Assembly (NCBI GenBank): GCA_902801845.1
Contig: CADCJW010000002.1
Coordinates: 305,627-369,626 of the forward strand
DNA from: an uncultured Eubacteriales bacterium
Lineage (GTDB): Bacteria; Bacillota; Clostridia; Christensenellales; CAG-138
DNA: 64,000 nt
Direction of reading: 5' to 3'
The notes beneath the pieces were generated by a model, which had not been told where the DNA came from, ran no database searches, and saw only the letters and a program-made list of their open reading frames with translations. Shown in pieces: positions 1 to 9,069 of the stretch. The stretch's first letter is position 1. Each line of letters starts with the position of its first letter. The position numbers and the translations under genes were made by a program.

Positions 1-492
1 CCGCCCCGGGAGAAGCCCCAGTTCACCGAGGGCCGGGAGGGGTTCTTCCATCTGGTGTCCCTCCAGGCCGACGTGGAGCAGGCCCGGGTGGATCTCATCG
101 TCCGGGACCACGACGCAGCCCTCTTCGCCCGGCGGGAACAGCTCCTGCGGGATCTGGCGAACGGGATGGCCAAGACCTACGGCCCGGACCGGGTGCGCCT
201 CACCATCACCCCCACCTATCGGAACATGAAGGAGGTCATCGACCGATACCCCTTCCTCATCGACCATTTGAAGCAGGCCATCACCCTGTCCGGGCTCACG
301 CCCCGCTCCGTGGCCTTCCGGGGCGGCACCGACGGCTCCGCCCTCTCCCACCGGGGTCTCCCCTGCCCCAACCTGTCCGCCGGCTACGAGAACGCCCACG
401 GCCGCTTCGAATTCGTCCCCATCCCCTCCATGGAGAAAAACGTGGAGATATTGCTCCATCTGGCCAAACTGTTCGGGGAAATGACAGCATAA
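1..492 (+). CDS. pepT: Peptidase T (tripeptide aminopeptidase), C-terminal part. The gene starts upstream of the window.
   Basis: Frame 1 is open from base 1. The translation (..TEGREGFFHL.., ..AFRGGTDGSALS.., ..NLSAGYENAHGRFEF..) resembles the PepT/M20B C-terminus. A terminator follows. Confidence 0.8.
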   Translation, partial: PPREKPQFTEGREGFFHLVSLQADVEQARVDLIVRDHDAALFARREQLLRDLANGMAKTYGPDRVRLTITPTYRNMKEVIDRYPFLIDHLKQAITLSGLTPRSVAFRGGTDGSALSHRGLPCPNLSAGYENAHGRFEFVPIPSMEKNVEILLHLAKLFGEMTA

Positions 493-493
493 G

Positions 494-527
494 AAAAAGG
501 AGGCGGGAAAACGCCTCCTGTTTTTTT
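494..527. terminator. Bidirectional intrinsic terminator between convergent pepT and hypA
   Basis: AGGAGGCG-ggaaaa-CGCCTCCT stem, flanked by an A-run on one side and a T-run on the other. Confidence 0.6.
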
Positions 528-539
528 CCGTATCGGGGT

Positions 540-884
540 CTATTCGACCTCGATTTCCTTTATGATGCACTCATTCCCGCGGAGCAGCCAGGTCTCCCCG
601 CTGTGACAGTAGGGGCACTCCCGGCCGTACCGGACCGTGGGATAGGTGCGCTCGCAGCCGGAACAGAAGGTCACGGCGGGGATGGTTTCCAGCTCCAGCT
701 CCGCCGTCTCCAGGATGGGGTGACGCTTGCGGAAATAGTTCCAGCAGTCGGTGAAGTAGTCCGTCATGATGCCGGACACCTCCCCCACCTGGAGCGTCAC
801 CCGCAGGATCTTGTCGATTTCCTGCTCCTTAGCCGTCTCCTCCAGGGATTTAGCGAGGTGCAGGATGATGCCCATCTCGTGCAT
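540..884 (-). CDS. hypA: Hydrogenase/urease nickel incorporation protein HypA
   Basis: 114 aa with the MHE N-terminus and CxxC...CxxC zinc site (CSGCERT..CPYCHSG) typical of HypA. The start lies 1 nt after the upstream stop. Confidence 0.85.
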   Translation of the reverse strand: MHEMGIILHLAKSLEETAKEQEIDKILRVTLQVGEVSGIMTDYFTDCWNYFRKRHPILETAELELETIPAVTFCSGCERTYPTVRYGRECPYCHSGETWLLRGNECIIKEIEVE

Positions 885-885
885 A

Positions 886-3807
886 TCAGTCCTTCATGAG
901 CTCCTGAATGTCCACGGCGTTGCCCGTGTGGGGATGGGTCTTGTGGAATTCCCGGGTGGCCCGGTTGTACGCCTTGCGCTTGCGGCGCATCTCTTTGGCC
1001 TCCTCGGAACCGCTGTGGGCGATGATCTTGAAAGCCCGCTTGGCGGCGTAACTCAGCAGGCCGCCCACCTTGTCCTCCGCTCGTCTGAGATCGGAGTTCT
1101 GGGGATGATCCCGCAGCAGATGGATGGCGTCGAATTCGCAGCGGGTGGTGCACAGGCCGCAGCCGATGCACTTGTTTTCGTCCACGATGGTGGCGCCGCA
1201 GCCCAGGCACCGGGCGGTCTCCGCCTTCACCTGTTCCTCGGTGAACACCAGCCGGTTGTCCGCAAAACCGTTCTTGTGATCGACGGCGGGGTCCACCGGC
1301 GGCACCTGCCGCTGGGCGTGGTCGTAGGAATCGATGGCGATGTTGTCCTTGTCCAGGGACTTGAAGTAGCGCCGATCCCGGCCCAGGGTCTGGGACACGC
1401 TGTTTTTAGATACGAACCGGGCCAGGGATTCCGCGGCCTCGTGGCCCTGACCGATGGCGTCGATGACGAACTTGGGGCCGGTGAACACGTCGCCGCCCAC
1501 GAAGATGGCGGGATCGTCGGTCTGATAGGTGAACTTGTCCGCCACGGGGTAGTTGCCATGCCAGAACTTCACCCCCGTGCCCTCCAGAAGCTTGCCCCAC
1601 TCGATGGCCTGGCCGATGGCGAAGACGATATGCTTCGCCTCCACGGTCATGGTCTCGTTTTCGTCATACTGGGGGTTGAACTTGCCGGTGGCCGGGTCGA
1701 TGGTGGCGGTGCAGCGCTTGAGGACGATGCCCTTCACCTTTCCCTCCTCGTCCACCAGGACCTCCTTCGGTCCCCAGGAGGGGCAGATCTTCACGTTTTC
1801 TTCCTCCGCCTCGGCGATCTCCTCCGGGGAAGCGGGCATGGTCTCCCGGCTCTCCAGGCAGAACATGGACACCTTTTCGGCTCCCAGCCGATGGGCGGTC
1901 CGGGCGCAGTCGATGGCCACGTTGCCGCCGCCGATGATCACAGTGTCGCCGGACAGCTTGGGGCTGTTGTCCCCCAGGGCCTTCTCCAGGAAGCTGACGG
2001 CGATCTCGGTGCCGGGGGCGGTTTCGTTCTTCACCCCGGGGAGGCGGCCGCCCTGGCAGCCGATGGCGATGTAGAAGGCCTCGTAGCCCTGGTCCTTCAG
2101 CTGCTGGATGGTGACGTCCTTGCCCACCTCCACGCCGCAGCGGATCTCGGCGCCCAGAGCGCGGATGATGTCGATCTCCGCATCCACCACCCGCTTGTCC
2201 AGCTTGAAGGAGGGGATGCCGTAGGTCATCATGCCGCCGGGCTTGCTGTTCTTTTCAAAGACCGTGGGCCGATAGCCCCGGCTGGCCAGATAGTAGGCGC
2301 AGGAAAGGCCCGCCGGGCCGCCGCCGATGATGGCGATCTTCTGATCCCACTCCCCGGACACCCGGTTGATGACCTTTTTGGGCACATAGCGGGTCTCGGC
2401 GTGCAGGTCCCGCTCGGCCAGGAACTTTTTCACGTCGTCGATGGCCACCGGCTTGTCGATGGTGCCCCGGGTGCAGGCGTCCTCACACCGCTTGTTGCAC
2501 ACCCGGCCGCAGATAGCGGGGAAGGGATTCTCCCGCTTGATGAGGGCCAGCGCCTCGTCGTACCGGCCTTCCCGGGCCATCTTTAGATAGCCCTGGACGG
2601 GCACATGGGCGGGGCAAGCGGCCTTGCAGGGGGCGGAACCGGTTCTGTGGGTGTTGACCCGGGCGGTGTCCCGATAGTTTTCGTCCCAGGCGTACTTACC
2701 CCAGCGAATCCTGTCGGGCAGCACGGACTTGGGGTACGCTACAGGCGCGCCGTCCTTCTGGCACAGCTTCTGGCCCAGCTTCAAAGCGCCGGCGGGGCAC
2801 AGCTCCACGCAGCGGCCGCAGGCCACGCACTTCTCCTTGTCCACCCGGGCGGTGAAGGCGCTCTTGGACATGTTGGGGGTGTTGTACAGCAGGCTGGTCC
2901 TGAGGGCGTTGCAGATCTGCACGTTGCAGTTGCAGATGTCGAAGATATGGTCCATGCCGTCGATGTTGGTGATCTGGTGCACGTACCCGTTCTCCTCCGC
3001 CTTGCGCAGGATCTCCAGGGCCTCCTCCTTGGTGATATAGTGGGCCCGGCCCGTTTCCACGGTGTAGTCCGCCATATCGCCCACCTGGATGCACCAATCC
3101 TGTTCGTCGTCGGTGCAGCCCTCGCCCAGCATGGCCCGGGAGGCCCGGCAGGAGCAGATGCCCGCGGACAGATGGCCGTCGTACTTCTGGAGCCAGTAGG
3201 AGATCTTCTCCACGTCGATGCTGGTGCGCTCCGCCTGGACCTCCTTCTCCACGGGGATCACATGCATGCCGATGCCGTTGCCGCCGGGGCGGACCATGGA
3301 GGTAATGTGCTCCAGGGGCAAAAAGGTCATCCGCTCAAACATCTTGGCCACCGGCGGGTTCTTCTCGATCCGATCCACGGAGGAGTTGAACAGCTCCGCG
3401 CTGCCCGGCACAAAGTAGCTGGTGCGATAGCGGATCTCCTTGGGCGCGCCGGGGATGGGGCCGTTGTCGTCGTAGTGGTCGCCGTAGTCATACTCCACGA
3501 AGCCGTGAACGCACAGAAGGTCCAGCGTCTTTTTGAAGGTTTCGTCGTCCATGCCCCCGCTCTTTTCCCGCAGCTGCTCATAGGTATACCACTGGCGCTG
3601 CTTCATGGTCAGGGCGATGTCCACCTCGGGCTCAGTCAAAACCTCCCGAAGGCCCCAGTACTCCTCGTCCGTGGTCTTCAGACCAAAGAGCTTGTGAGGC
3701 ACGTTGTCCGTGATGCGCCGGCCCAGCTCGGCATACTTTTTGTTGAGGACGGCTTCGCCGTCATACCTGGACTTGGTGCGTGGATTGGAATCATAGATCT
3801 CCGGCAT
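886..3807 (-). CDS. 973-aa multidomain Fe-S flavoprotein: an N-terminal Cys-rich domain, 4Fe-4S motifs, a GltD-like NAD(P)H/FAD oxidoreductase core, and a C-terminal 2x[4Fe-4S] ferredoxin domain
   Basis: Motifs seen: CVACGRCVELCP, CxxxC clusters, the dinucleotide folds IAIIGGGPAGLSCAYYL and VIIGGGNVAIDCA, and C-terminal CLGCG..CIGCGLCTTRCE. RBS AAGGAGAAAG. The exact substrate is unknown. Confidence 0.75.
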   Translation of the reverse strand: MPEIYDSNPRTKSRYDGEAVLNKKYAELGRRITDNVPHKLFGLKTTDEEYWGLREVLTEPEVDIALTMKQRQWYTYEQLREKSGGMDDETFKKTLDLLCVHGFVEYDYGDHYDDNGPIPGAPKEIRYRTSYFVPGSAELFNSSVDRIEKNPPVAKMFERMTFLPLEHITSMVRPGGNGIGMHVIPVEKEVQAERTSIDVEKISYWLQKYDGHLSAGICSCRASRAMLGEGCTDDEQDWCIQVGDMADYTVETGRAHYITKEEALEILRKAEENGYVHQITNIDGMDHIFDICNCNVQICNALRTSLLYNTPNMSKSAFTARVDKEKCVACGRCVELCPAGALKLGQKLCQKDGAPVAYPKSVLPDRIRWGKYAWDENYRDTARVNTHRTGSAPCKAACPAHVPVQGYLKMAREGRYDEALALIKRENPFPAICGRVCNKRCEDACTRGTIDKPVAIDDVKKFLAERDLHAETRYVPKKVINRVSGEWDQKIAIIGGGPAGLSCAYYLASRGYRPTVFEKNSKPGGMMTYGIPSFKLDKRVVDAEIDIIRALGAEIRCGVEVGKDVTIQQLKDQGYEAFYIAIGCQGGRLPGVKNETAPGTEIAVSFLEKALGDNSPKLSGDTVIIGGGNVAIDCARTAHRLGAEKVSMFCLESRETMPASPEEIAEAEEENVKICPSWGPKEVLVDEEGKVKGIVLKRCTATIDPATGKFNPQYDENETMTVEAKHIVFAIGQAIEWGKLLEGTGVKFWHGNYPVADKFTYQTDDPAIFVGGDVFTGPKFVIDAIGQGHEAAESLARFVSKNSVSQTLGRDRRYFKSLDKDNIAIDSYDHAQRQVPPVDPAVDHKNGFADNRLVFTEEQVKAETARCLGCGATIVDENKCIGCGLCTTRCEFDAIHLLRDHPQNSDLRRAEDKVGGLLSYAAKRAFKIIAHSGSEEAKEMRRKRKAYNRATREFHKTHPHTGNAVDIQELMKD

Positions 3808-3836
3808 GGTCTTTCTCCTTCTATTGAAATGTTTTT

Positions 3837-4499
3837 TTATTTTCCCTGATTGTCCAAAATGGCCCTCTCGAGCCAGGTTTCCCAGTCGGCAAAGCCGTCC
3901 CCGGTCTTGGCGGAGACCTCAAAGATCTCGATGTGGGGGTTCAGGCCCCGGGCCCGCCGCTTGCAGGCCTCGAAGTCGAAGTCGAAGCAGGCGGCCACGT
4001 CCGTCTTGGTCAGGATCAGTACGTCGCTGACCGTGAACATGAGGGGATATTTGAGGGGCTTGTCGTCCCCCTCGGGCACGCTCAGGAGCATGACCCGCTT
4101 CTGGGCGCCGGTGTCGAACTCCGCGGGGCAGATGAGGTTCCCCACGTTCTCCAACACCACCAAATCGAAACGTTCGTCCCCCAGCTCATCGAGGGCGGCC
4201 CTGGTCATGCCCGCGTCCATATGGCACATGCCTCCGGTGTGGGCCTGGACGGCCTTGGCCCCCAGCTTTTCGATGCGGACCGCGTCCACGTCGGAATCCA
4301 CGTCCGCCTCCATGACCGCGATGCTGAACCGATCCTTCATGTCCCGGATGGTCCGCTCCAAAAGGGTGGTCTTCCCCGCCCCCGGCGAGGCCATCAGATT
4401 GATGAGCAGGGTGCCCCTGTCCGTCAGTTCCTGCCTGAGCACCGCCGCGTCCCGGTCGTTGGACGCGGTGACGGTCTCCTTCAGCTCGATGATCCGCAT
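3837..4499 (-). CDS. hypB: Nickel-binding GTPase HypB
   Basis: P-loop SPGAGKTTLL, ENVGNLICPAEFD and TKTD motifs (SIMIBI G3E family). RBS GGGAGGGAG. Confidence 0.85.
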   Translation of the reverse strand: MRIIELKETVTASNDRDAAVLRQELTDRGTLLINLMASPGAGKTTLLERTIRDMKDRFSIAVMEADVDSDVDAVRIEKLGAKAVQAHTGGMCHMDAGMTRAALDELGDERFDLVVLENVGNLICPAEFDTGAQKRVMLLSVPEGDDKPLKYPLMFTVSDVLILTKTDVAACFDFDFEACKRRARGLNPHIEIFEVSAKTGDGFADWETWLERAILDNQGK

Positions 4500-4733
4500 A
4501 TCTCTCTCCCTCCCCGGATCCAGTCCGTATTTTTAATTGTACCGGATATTATCGAAAAGTGCAAGAGAAAGAGACGGGCAGGGAACCTGTTTACTTCCCT
4601 TCCCGCCTGTGATACAATATCATCAAATGAAGTCCCCCGGAGGGACGGGACGCAGCGGCGATGGGGGAAAAAAGCTCCTTCGCCCGGATCTGACCTGAAA
4701 ACTCATTTTGACTTTACAAGGAGGATTTGATCA

Positions 4734-6170
4734 ATGGCTGTTTTGTCCGGCCTGGAGCCGAAAGCGGTGTTCACTTTCTTTGAGACCCTCTGCGCCATCC
4801 CCCGGGCCTCCCACAACACGGAGGCCGTCAGCGAGTACCTCTTTTCCTTCGCCCAGCAGCGGGGCCTGAAGGCCCGCCGGGACGAGGCCAACAACGTGAT
4901 CGTTTGGAAGGACGCCGCCCCGGGCTATGAGGAGGCCCCCACCGTCATGCTCCAGGCTCATATGGACATGCTGATGGAGCGGGATCACCATCTCAGCGCT
5001 CCGGAAGGGGCGGGTGTCGAGCTGTTCCTGGAGGGGGACGAGATCGGCGCCAAGGGCACCTCCCTGGGGGCGGACGACGGGATCGGCGTGGCCATGATGC
5101 TGGCGGTCCTCAGCGACGACAGCCTCCGCCACGGGCCCCTCGAATGCGTGTTCACCGCCGACGAGGAGGTGGGCCTCCAGGGCGTTCGGGCGCTGGACGT
5201 GTCCGATTTGAAGGCCAAGTATATGATCAACCTGGATTCCGCCGAGGAGCGGGTGTTCACCGTGAGCTGCGCCGGGTCCACCCGGGTGGTCACCACCCTG
5301 CCCGTGCAGCGGGCCCCCTTCGCGGGAACGGTCTGCGCCCTCATGGTGGACGGGCTCACCGGCGGTCACTCCGGCGAGGACATCCATCGGGGCCGGGCCA
5401 ACGCCAACCGGCTCATGGGCCGGGCCCTTATGGCGATCATGGACAAAACGGACATGCGGCTGCTCACCGTTTCCGGCGGCGCCAAGGACAACACCATCCC
5501 CCGAGACGCGGCGGCGCTGATCTCGGTGGCCGACCCGGAGGCGGCCAAGGCGGCGGCCGCGGACCTGGCCGAAACGCTGCAGGACGAGTATCGGGCCGTG
5601 GAGAAGAAGGTCCGCATCCGGCTCTTCCCCACCCGGAGCCACTTTTTGCCCATGGATGAAAAGAGCACCCGTCGGGCGGCCACCTTCCTCTTCTGCGCCC
5701 CGGACGGGGTCCAGATGATGAGCGCGGAGGTGCCCGGGCTGGTCCAGACCTCGCTGAATTTCGCCCAGATCTACACCGAGGACGCCGCCGTGGTGTGCCG
5801 GTTCATGATCCGCTCCAGCCTAAACTCCCAGGCGGAGGAGGTGGCCCGGCGGGTCATGGCCATGGCCCGGGCCATGGGCGGCGACGCCACGGTGCCCTCC
5901 GCCTATTCCGCCTGGCAGTATCGGCCCCACTCCCACCTCAGGGACGTGATGACCGACGCCTTCCACACGGTCTACGGCACAGAGCCCCGGATCGAGGCCC
6001 TTCACGCCAGCTTGGAGTGCGGCATCCTCTCGGGGAAGATGCCGGAGCTGGAGTGCATCTCCTTCGGCCCGGACATCGTCAACGACCATACCCCCCGGGA
6101 GCGGCTCCGCGTAGCCTCCACCTGGCGCACCTGGGCGCTGCTGCTGGAGGGATTGCGGCGATTGAAGTAA
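4734..6170 (+). CDS. pepD: Aminoacyl-histidine (Xaa-His) dipeptidase PepD, copy 1
   Basis: 478 aa, M20C-like motifs (QAHMDM, GADDGIGVA, FTADEEVGL, HTPRERL). RBS AAGGAGG. Confidence 0.85.
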   Translation: MAVLSGLEPKAVFTFFETLCAIPRASHNTEAVSEYLFSFAQQRGLKARRDEANNVIVWKDAAPGYEEAPTVMLQAHMDMLMERDHHLSAPEGAGVELFLEGDEIGAKGTSLGADDGIGVAMMLAVLSDDSLRHGPLECVFTADEEVGLQGVRALDVSDLKAKYMINLDSAEERVFTVSCAGSTRVVTTLPVQRAPFAGTVCALMVDGLTGGHSGEDIHRGRANANRLMGRALMAIMDKTDMRLLTVSGGAKDNTIPRDAAALISVADPEAAKAAAADLAETLQDEYRAVEKKVRIRLFPTRSHFLPMDEKSTRRAATFLFCAPDGVQMMSAEVPGLVQTSLNFAQIYTEDAAVVCRFMIRSSLNSQAEEVARRVMAMARAMGGDATVPSAYSAWQYRPHSHLRDVMTDAFHTVYGTEPRIEALHASLECGILSGKMPELECISFGPDIVNDHTPRERLRVASTWRTWALLLEGLRRLK

Positions 6171-6180
6171 AAACCGACTT

Positions 6181-6233
6181 GTTCCTTTTTCTCTTCGGTG
6201 AAGAGAACAAGGAACCGAAAAAAAGAAGCACAC
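6181..6233 (-). repeat. Intergenic hairpin repeat, copy 1 (reverse orientation)
   Basis: GTTCCTTTTTCTCTTC-ggt-GAAGAGAACAAGGAAC followed by CGAAAAAAAGAAGCACAC. It is the reverse complement of the consensus seen at 10283, 17653 and 27388. Confidence 0.85.
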
Positions 6234-6240
6234 ATATAGG

Positions 6241-6279
6241 GGAGAAATGGTTCGTTTTCAGGACCATTTCTCCTTTTTT
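6241..6279 (+). terminator. Intrinsic terminator after pepD copy 1
   Basis: GGAGAAATGGT...ACCATTTCTCC stem followed by TTTTTT. Confidence 0.7.
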
Positions 6280-6288
6280 GATTCGATA

Positions 6289-6317
6289 TTGACATATAAG
6301 ATATGCAGTATTATACT
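6289..6317 (+). promoter_or_regulatory. Sigma-A-like promoter for the DUF819 gene
   Basis: TTGACA, 17-nt spacer, TATACT. It would give a 5' UTR of about 100 nt. Confidence 0.55.
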
Positions 6318-6424
6318 TTAAAAAGTCGAAGGTTTCACACTGGTGACACATTTCGACGATACGATCCACGATCACATGGCCCCCTGTCGGGGGCTTTGGG
6401 ATAGAAAAAAAGGAGGGGTAATTT

Positions 6425-7540
6425 ATGATTACCAATGGTTTCACCTATTTTGCCACATTGGTCCTGATCGCTGGCGTCCTGGTCGGCGCCCAGAAGCTGA
6501 CCAAGTGGAAGTTCTTCGAGTATGTGCCCCCGGTGGTGCTGCTCTACCTCATCGGCATGCTGGGCTGCACCTTCAAGCTGTGGGACACCGCGGCCACCAA
6601 GGAAGCTTACAGCGCCCTGCGTAACCCGATCCTGTATGCCATGATCTTCGTCATGTTGCTCCGCTGCGACATCCGTCAGATCCTGAAGCTGGGACCCAAG
6701 ATGCTGCTGGGCTTCTTCACCGCCACCATCACCATCGCCATCGGCTTCGTGGCCACCTACGCCATCATGCATCCCTTGCTGGGCGAAGGCGCCTGGCGCG
6801 GCCTTGGCGCCCTGTGCGGCAGCTGGATGGGCGGCTCCGGCAACCTGGTCGCCGTGGCGGACGCTCTGCAGGCCACGGAGGCGCAGCTGGCCGGCGCGTC
6901 CATCGTGGACTCTATCGACTACTCCATCTGGGTCATGTTCCTGCTGTGGGCCATCACCCTGGCGCCCAAGTTCAACAAGTGGGTCAAGGCCAACACCAAG
7001 ACCCTGGACGAAGTTTCCTCCCGTCTCGACGCCGAGTTCGCTCAGGCGCAGACCAAGAAGGTGGACTTCCCGTCCCTCATCTTCCTGCTGGGCCTCGCCC
7101 TGTTCGTGTCCGCCGTGTGCACCAACCTGGGCACCGCGCTCCGCGACGCTTCCCCCTCTTGGCTGAAGGTCTTTGACGTGGCCACCTACCGGATCGTGCT
7201 GGTGTCCATCATCGGTCTGGTCCTGGCCATGACCCCCGTGGGCAAGATCGCCGGCTCCACGGAGCTGTCCAACATCATGCTGTACATGGTCATCGGCCTC
7301 ATCGCCTCCCGCGCCTCCTTCCTGGAGCTCTTCGAGGCGGGCATGGCCTGGTGGATCGTGGCGGGCTTCGTGATCCTGCTCATCCACGGCGTGCTGATGA
7401 TCCTCTTTGCCAAGCTCTTCAAGCTGGATATGTTCACCGGTCTCCGTGGGCGTGCTGATGGCCCTCATGGGCTATGTGGTGGGCACCTTCGGCGGCATTG
7501 GTGTAGGTTATCTTATGTCGATTTTCGGTTAATGGCATAA
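6425..7540 (+). CDS. DUF819-family polytopic membrane protein. The 3' end appears frameshifted (see findings).
   Basis: Hydrophobic multi-TM translation, RBS AAGGAGG. After about aa 337 the listed frame turns Arg/Gly/His-rich, while the +1 frame encodes a TM-like tail ending at 7532. Confidence 0.65.
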   Translation: MITNGFTYFATLVLIAGVLVGAQKLTKWKFFEYVPPVVLLYLIGMLGCTFKLWDTAATKEAYSALRNPILYAMIFVMLLRCDIRQILKLGPKMLLGFFTATITIAIGFVATYAIMHPLLGEGAWRGLGALCGSWMGGSGNLVAVADALQATEAQLAGASIVDSIDYSIWVMFLLWAITLAPKFNKWVKANTKTLDEVSSRLDAEFAQAQTKKVDFPSLIFLLGLALFVSAVCTNLGTALRDASPSWLKVFDVATYRIVLVSIIGLVLAMTPVGKIAGSTELSNIMLYMVIGLIASRASFLELFEAGMAWWIVAGFVILLIHGVLMILFAKLFKLDMFTGLRGRADGPHGLCGGHLRRHWCRLSYVDFRLMA

Positions 7541-7558
7541 TTAAATGAACGACGGACG

Positions 7559-7586
7559 CGATGCAAGTGACGTTTCACTTGCATCG
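7559..7586 (+). other. 12-bp perfect hairpin between the DUF819 gene and pepD copy 2
   Basis: CGATGCAAGTGA-cgtt-TCACTTGCATCG. There is no clean U-run, so it may be a weak terminator or a processing/stability element. Confidence 0.4.
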
Positions 7587-7619
7587 TGTTATACTTAAGA
7601 AAAAAGGAGAAAAAAAGCT

Positions 7620-9059
7620 ATGGGCGTTTTATCCGGTTTGCAGCCGCAGGTAGTCTTTCATTTCTTTGAGGAGCTGTGCGCCATCCCCCACGGGTCCCAC
7701 AACACCAAGGCGATCAGCGACTATCTGGTGGCCTTCGCCGAAAAGCGGCACTTGAAGTTCCGTCAGGACGAGCTCAACAACGTCGTCATCTGGAAGGCCC
7801 CCACGGCGGGCTATGAGCATGCCCCCGCGGTCATGATCCAGGGCCACATGGACATGGTGGCCGAAAAGGACGCGGACTGCCCCAAGGACATGGAGAAGGA
7901 GGGGTTGGACCTCTTCGTAGACGGGGACACTGTGGGCGCCCGGGGCACCACCCTGGGCGGCGACGACGGCATCGCCGTAGCCATGGCCCTGGCCGTTTTG
8001 GATGGGGACGATATCCCCCACGGGCCCCTGGAATGTTTGTTCACCGTGGACGAGGAGGTGGGCATGCTGGGCGCCCGGGGCCTCGACACTTCGGATCTTG
8101 CGGCCAAGTATATGCTGAACGTGGACTCCGAGGAGGAGAAGGTCCTCACCGTCAGCTGCGCCGGGTCCACCCGGGCGGTCTGCACGCTGCCCATCGAGCG
8201 GGCCGCCTTTACGGGCACGGTCTGCGCTCTCACCGTGGACGGGCTCATGGGCGGCCACTCCGGCGAGGAGATCCACAAATGCCGGGCCAATTCGAACATC
8301 CTCATGGGCCGGGCCCTGATCGAGCTCATGAACGTCACGGGCCTTCGGATCATCGCCCTTTCCGGCGGCGCCAAGGACAACGCCATCCCCCGGGACGCCA
8401 AGGCGCTGATCGCTGTGGAGGACTTCGCGGCGGCCAAGGCGGCGGCAGAGGCCCTGGACGCGGCGGTGAAGAACGAGTATCGGACCGCCGATCCCGACGT
8501 GCGGATCGGGCTGGCCCCCGCGGAGACGGACCTGGTCCCCCTGGACGAAAACAGCACCCGCCGGGTGGCCACCTTCCTCTTCTGCGCCCCCAACGGGGTC
8601 CAGATGATGAGCGCCGAAGTGGCGGGTCTGGTGCAAACCTCCCTGAACCTGGGCCAGGTGAGCACCGAGGACAGCACCGTCACCGCCCGGTTCATGATCC
8701 GCTCCAGCGTCAATTCCCAGGCTGCCGAGACCACGGAGAAGGTCATCGCCCTGACGAAGCTGTTGGGCGGCACGGTGGACATCCCCGCCGCCTACTCCGC
8801 CTGGCAGTATCGGCCCGAATCCCACCTCAGGGACGTGATGGTGGAGGCCTTCCGGGCGGTCTACGGCGAGGAGCCCAAGATCGCCGCCCTCCACGCAGGC
8901 CTGGAGTGCGGGATCCTCTCCGGAAAGATGCCGGAACTGGACTGCATCTCCTTCGGGCCGGATCTGATGAACATCCATACGCCCCGGGAGCGGCTCCACA
9001 TCGCCTCCACGGAGCGGACCTGGGCCCTCATGCTGGAGACCCTCAAGCGCCTGAAATAA
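7620..9059 (+). CDS. pepD: Aminoacyl-histidine dipeptidase PepD, copy 2 (paralog of 4734..6170)
   Basis: 479 aa, colinear with copy 1, with roughly two-thirds identical residues by eye. RBS AAGGAG. Confidence 0.85.
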   Translation: MGVLSGLQPQVVFHFFEELCAIPHGSHNTKAISDYLVAFAEKRHLKFRQDELNNVVIWKAPTAGYEHAPAVMIQGHMDMVAEKDADCPKDMEKEGLDLFVDGDTVGARGTTLGGDDGIAVAMALAVLDGDDIPHGPLECLFTVDEEVGMLGARGLDTSDLAAKYMLNVDSEEEKVLTVSCAGSTRAVCTLPIERAAFTGTVCALTVDGLMGGHSGEEIHKCRANSNILMGRALIELMNVTGLRIIALSGGAKDNAIPRDAKALIAVEDFAAAKAAAEALDAAVKNEYRTADPDVRIGLAPAETDLVPLDENSTRRVATFLFCAPNGVQMMSAEVAGLVQTSLNLGQVSTEDSTVTARFMIRSSVNSQAAETTEKVIALTKLLGGTVDIPAAYSAWQYRPESHLRDVMVEAFRAVYGEEPKIAALHAGLECGILSGKMPELDCISFGPDLMNIHTPRERLHIASTERTWALMLETLKRLK

Positions 9060-9069
9060 GGAGGAATCC

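Noticed and set aside
766-2586. Long alternate-frame or antisense ORFs throughout the track. Examples: 766..2586+, 2605..3849+, 4731..5642-, 6335..7468-, 7629..9449-, 11583..14378-, 18970..20448-, 20916..22181+, 24917..26506+, 31083..32825+, 34280..36226-, 40661..42892+, 43019..44494+, 45959..48418+, 49740..51335+, 51516..53339+, 53808..55445+, 55629..56870+, 56818..58731+, 59196..60992+, 61123..62385+.
   Set aside because: Each overlaps, on the opposite strand or in another frame, a gene with clear family motifs and an RBS. Their translations are Arg/Gly/Pro/His/Ala-rich and low in complexity, which is typical of open non-coding frames in GC-rich DNA. None has a convincing RBS.
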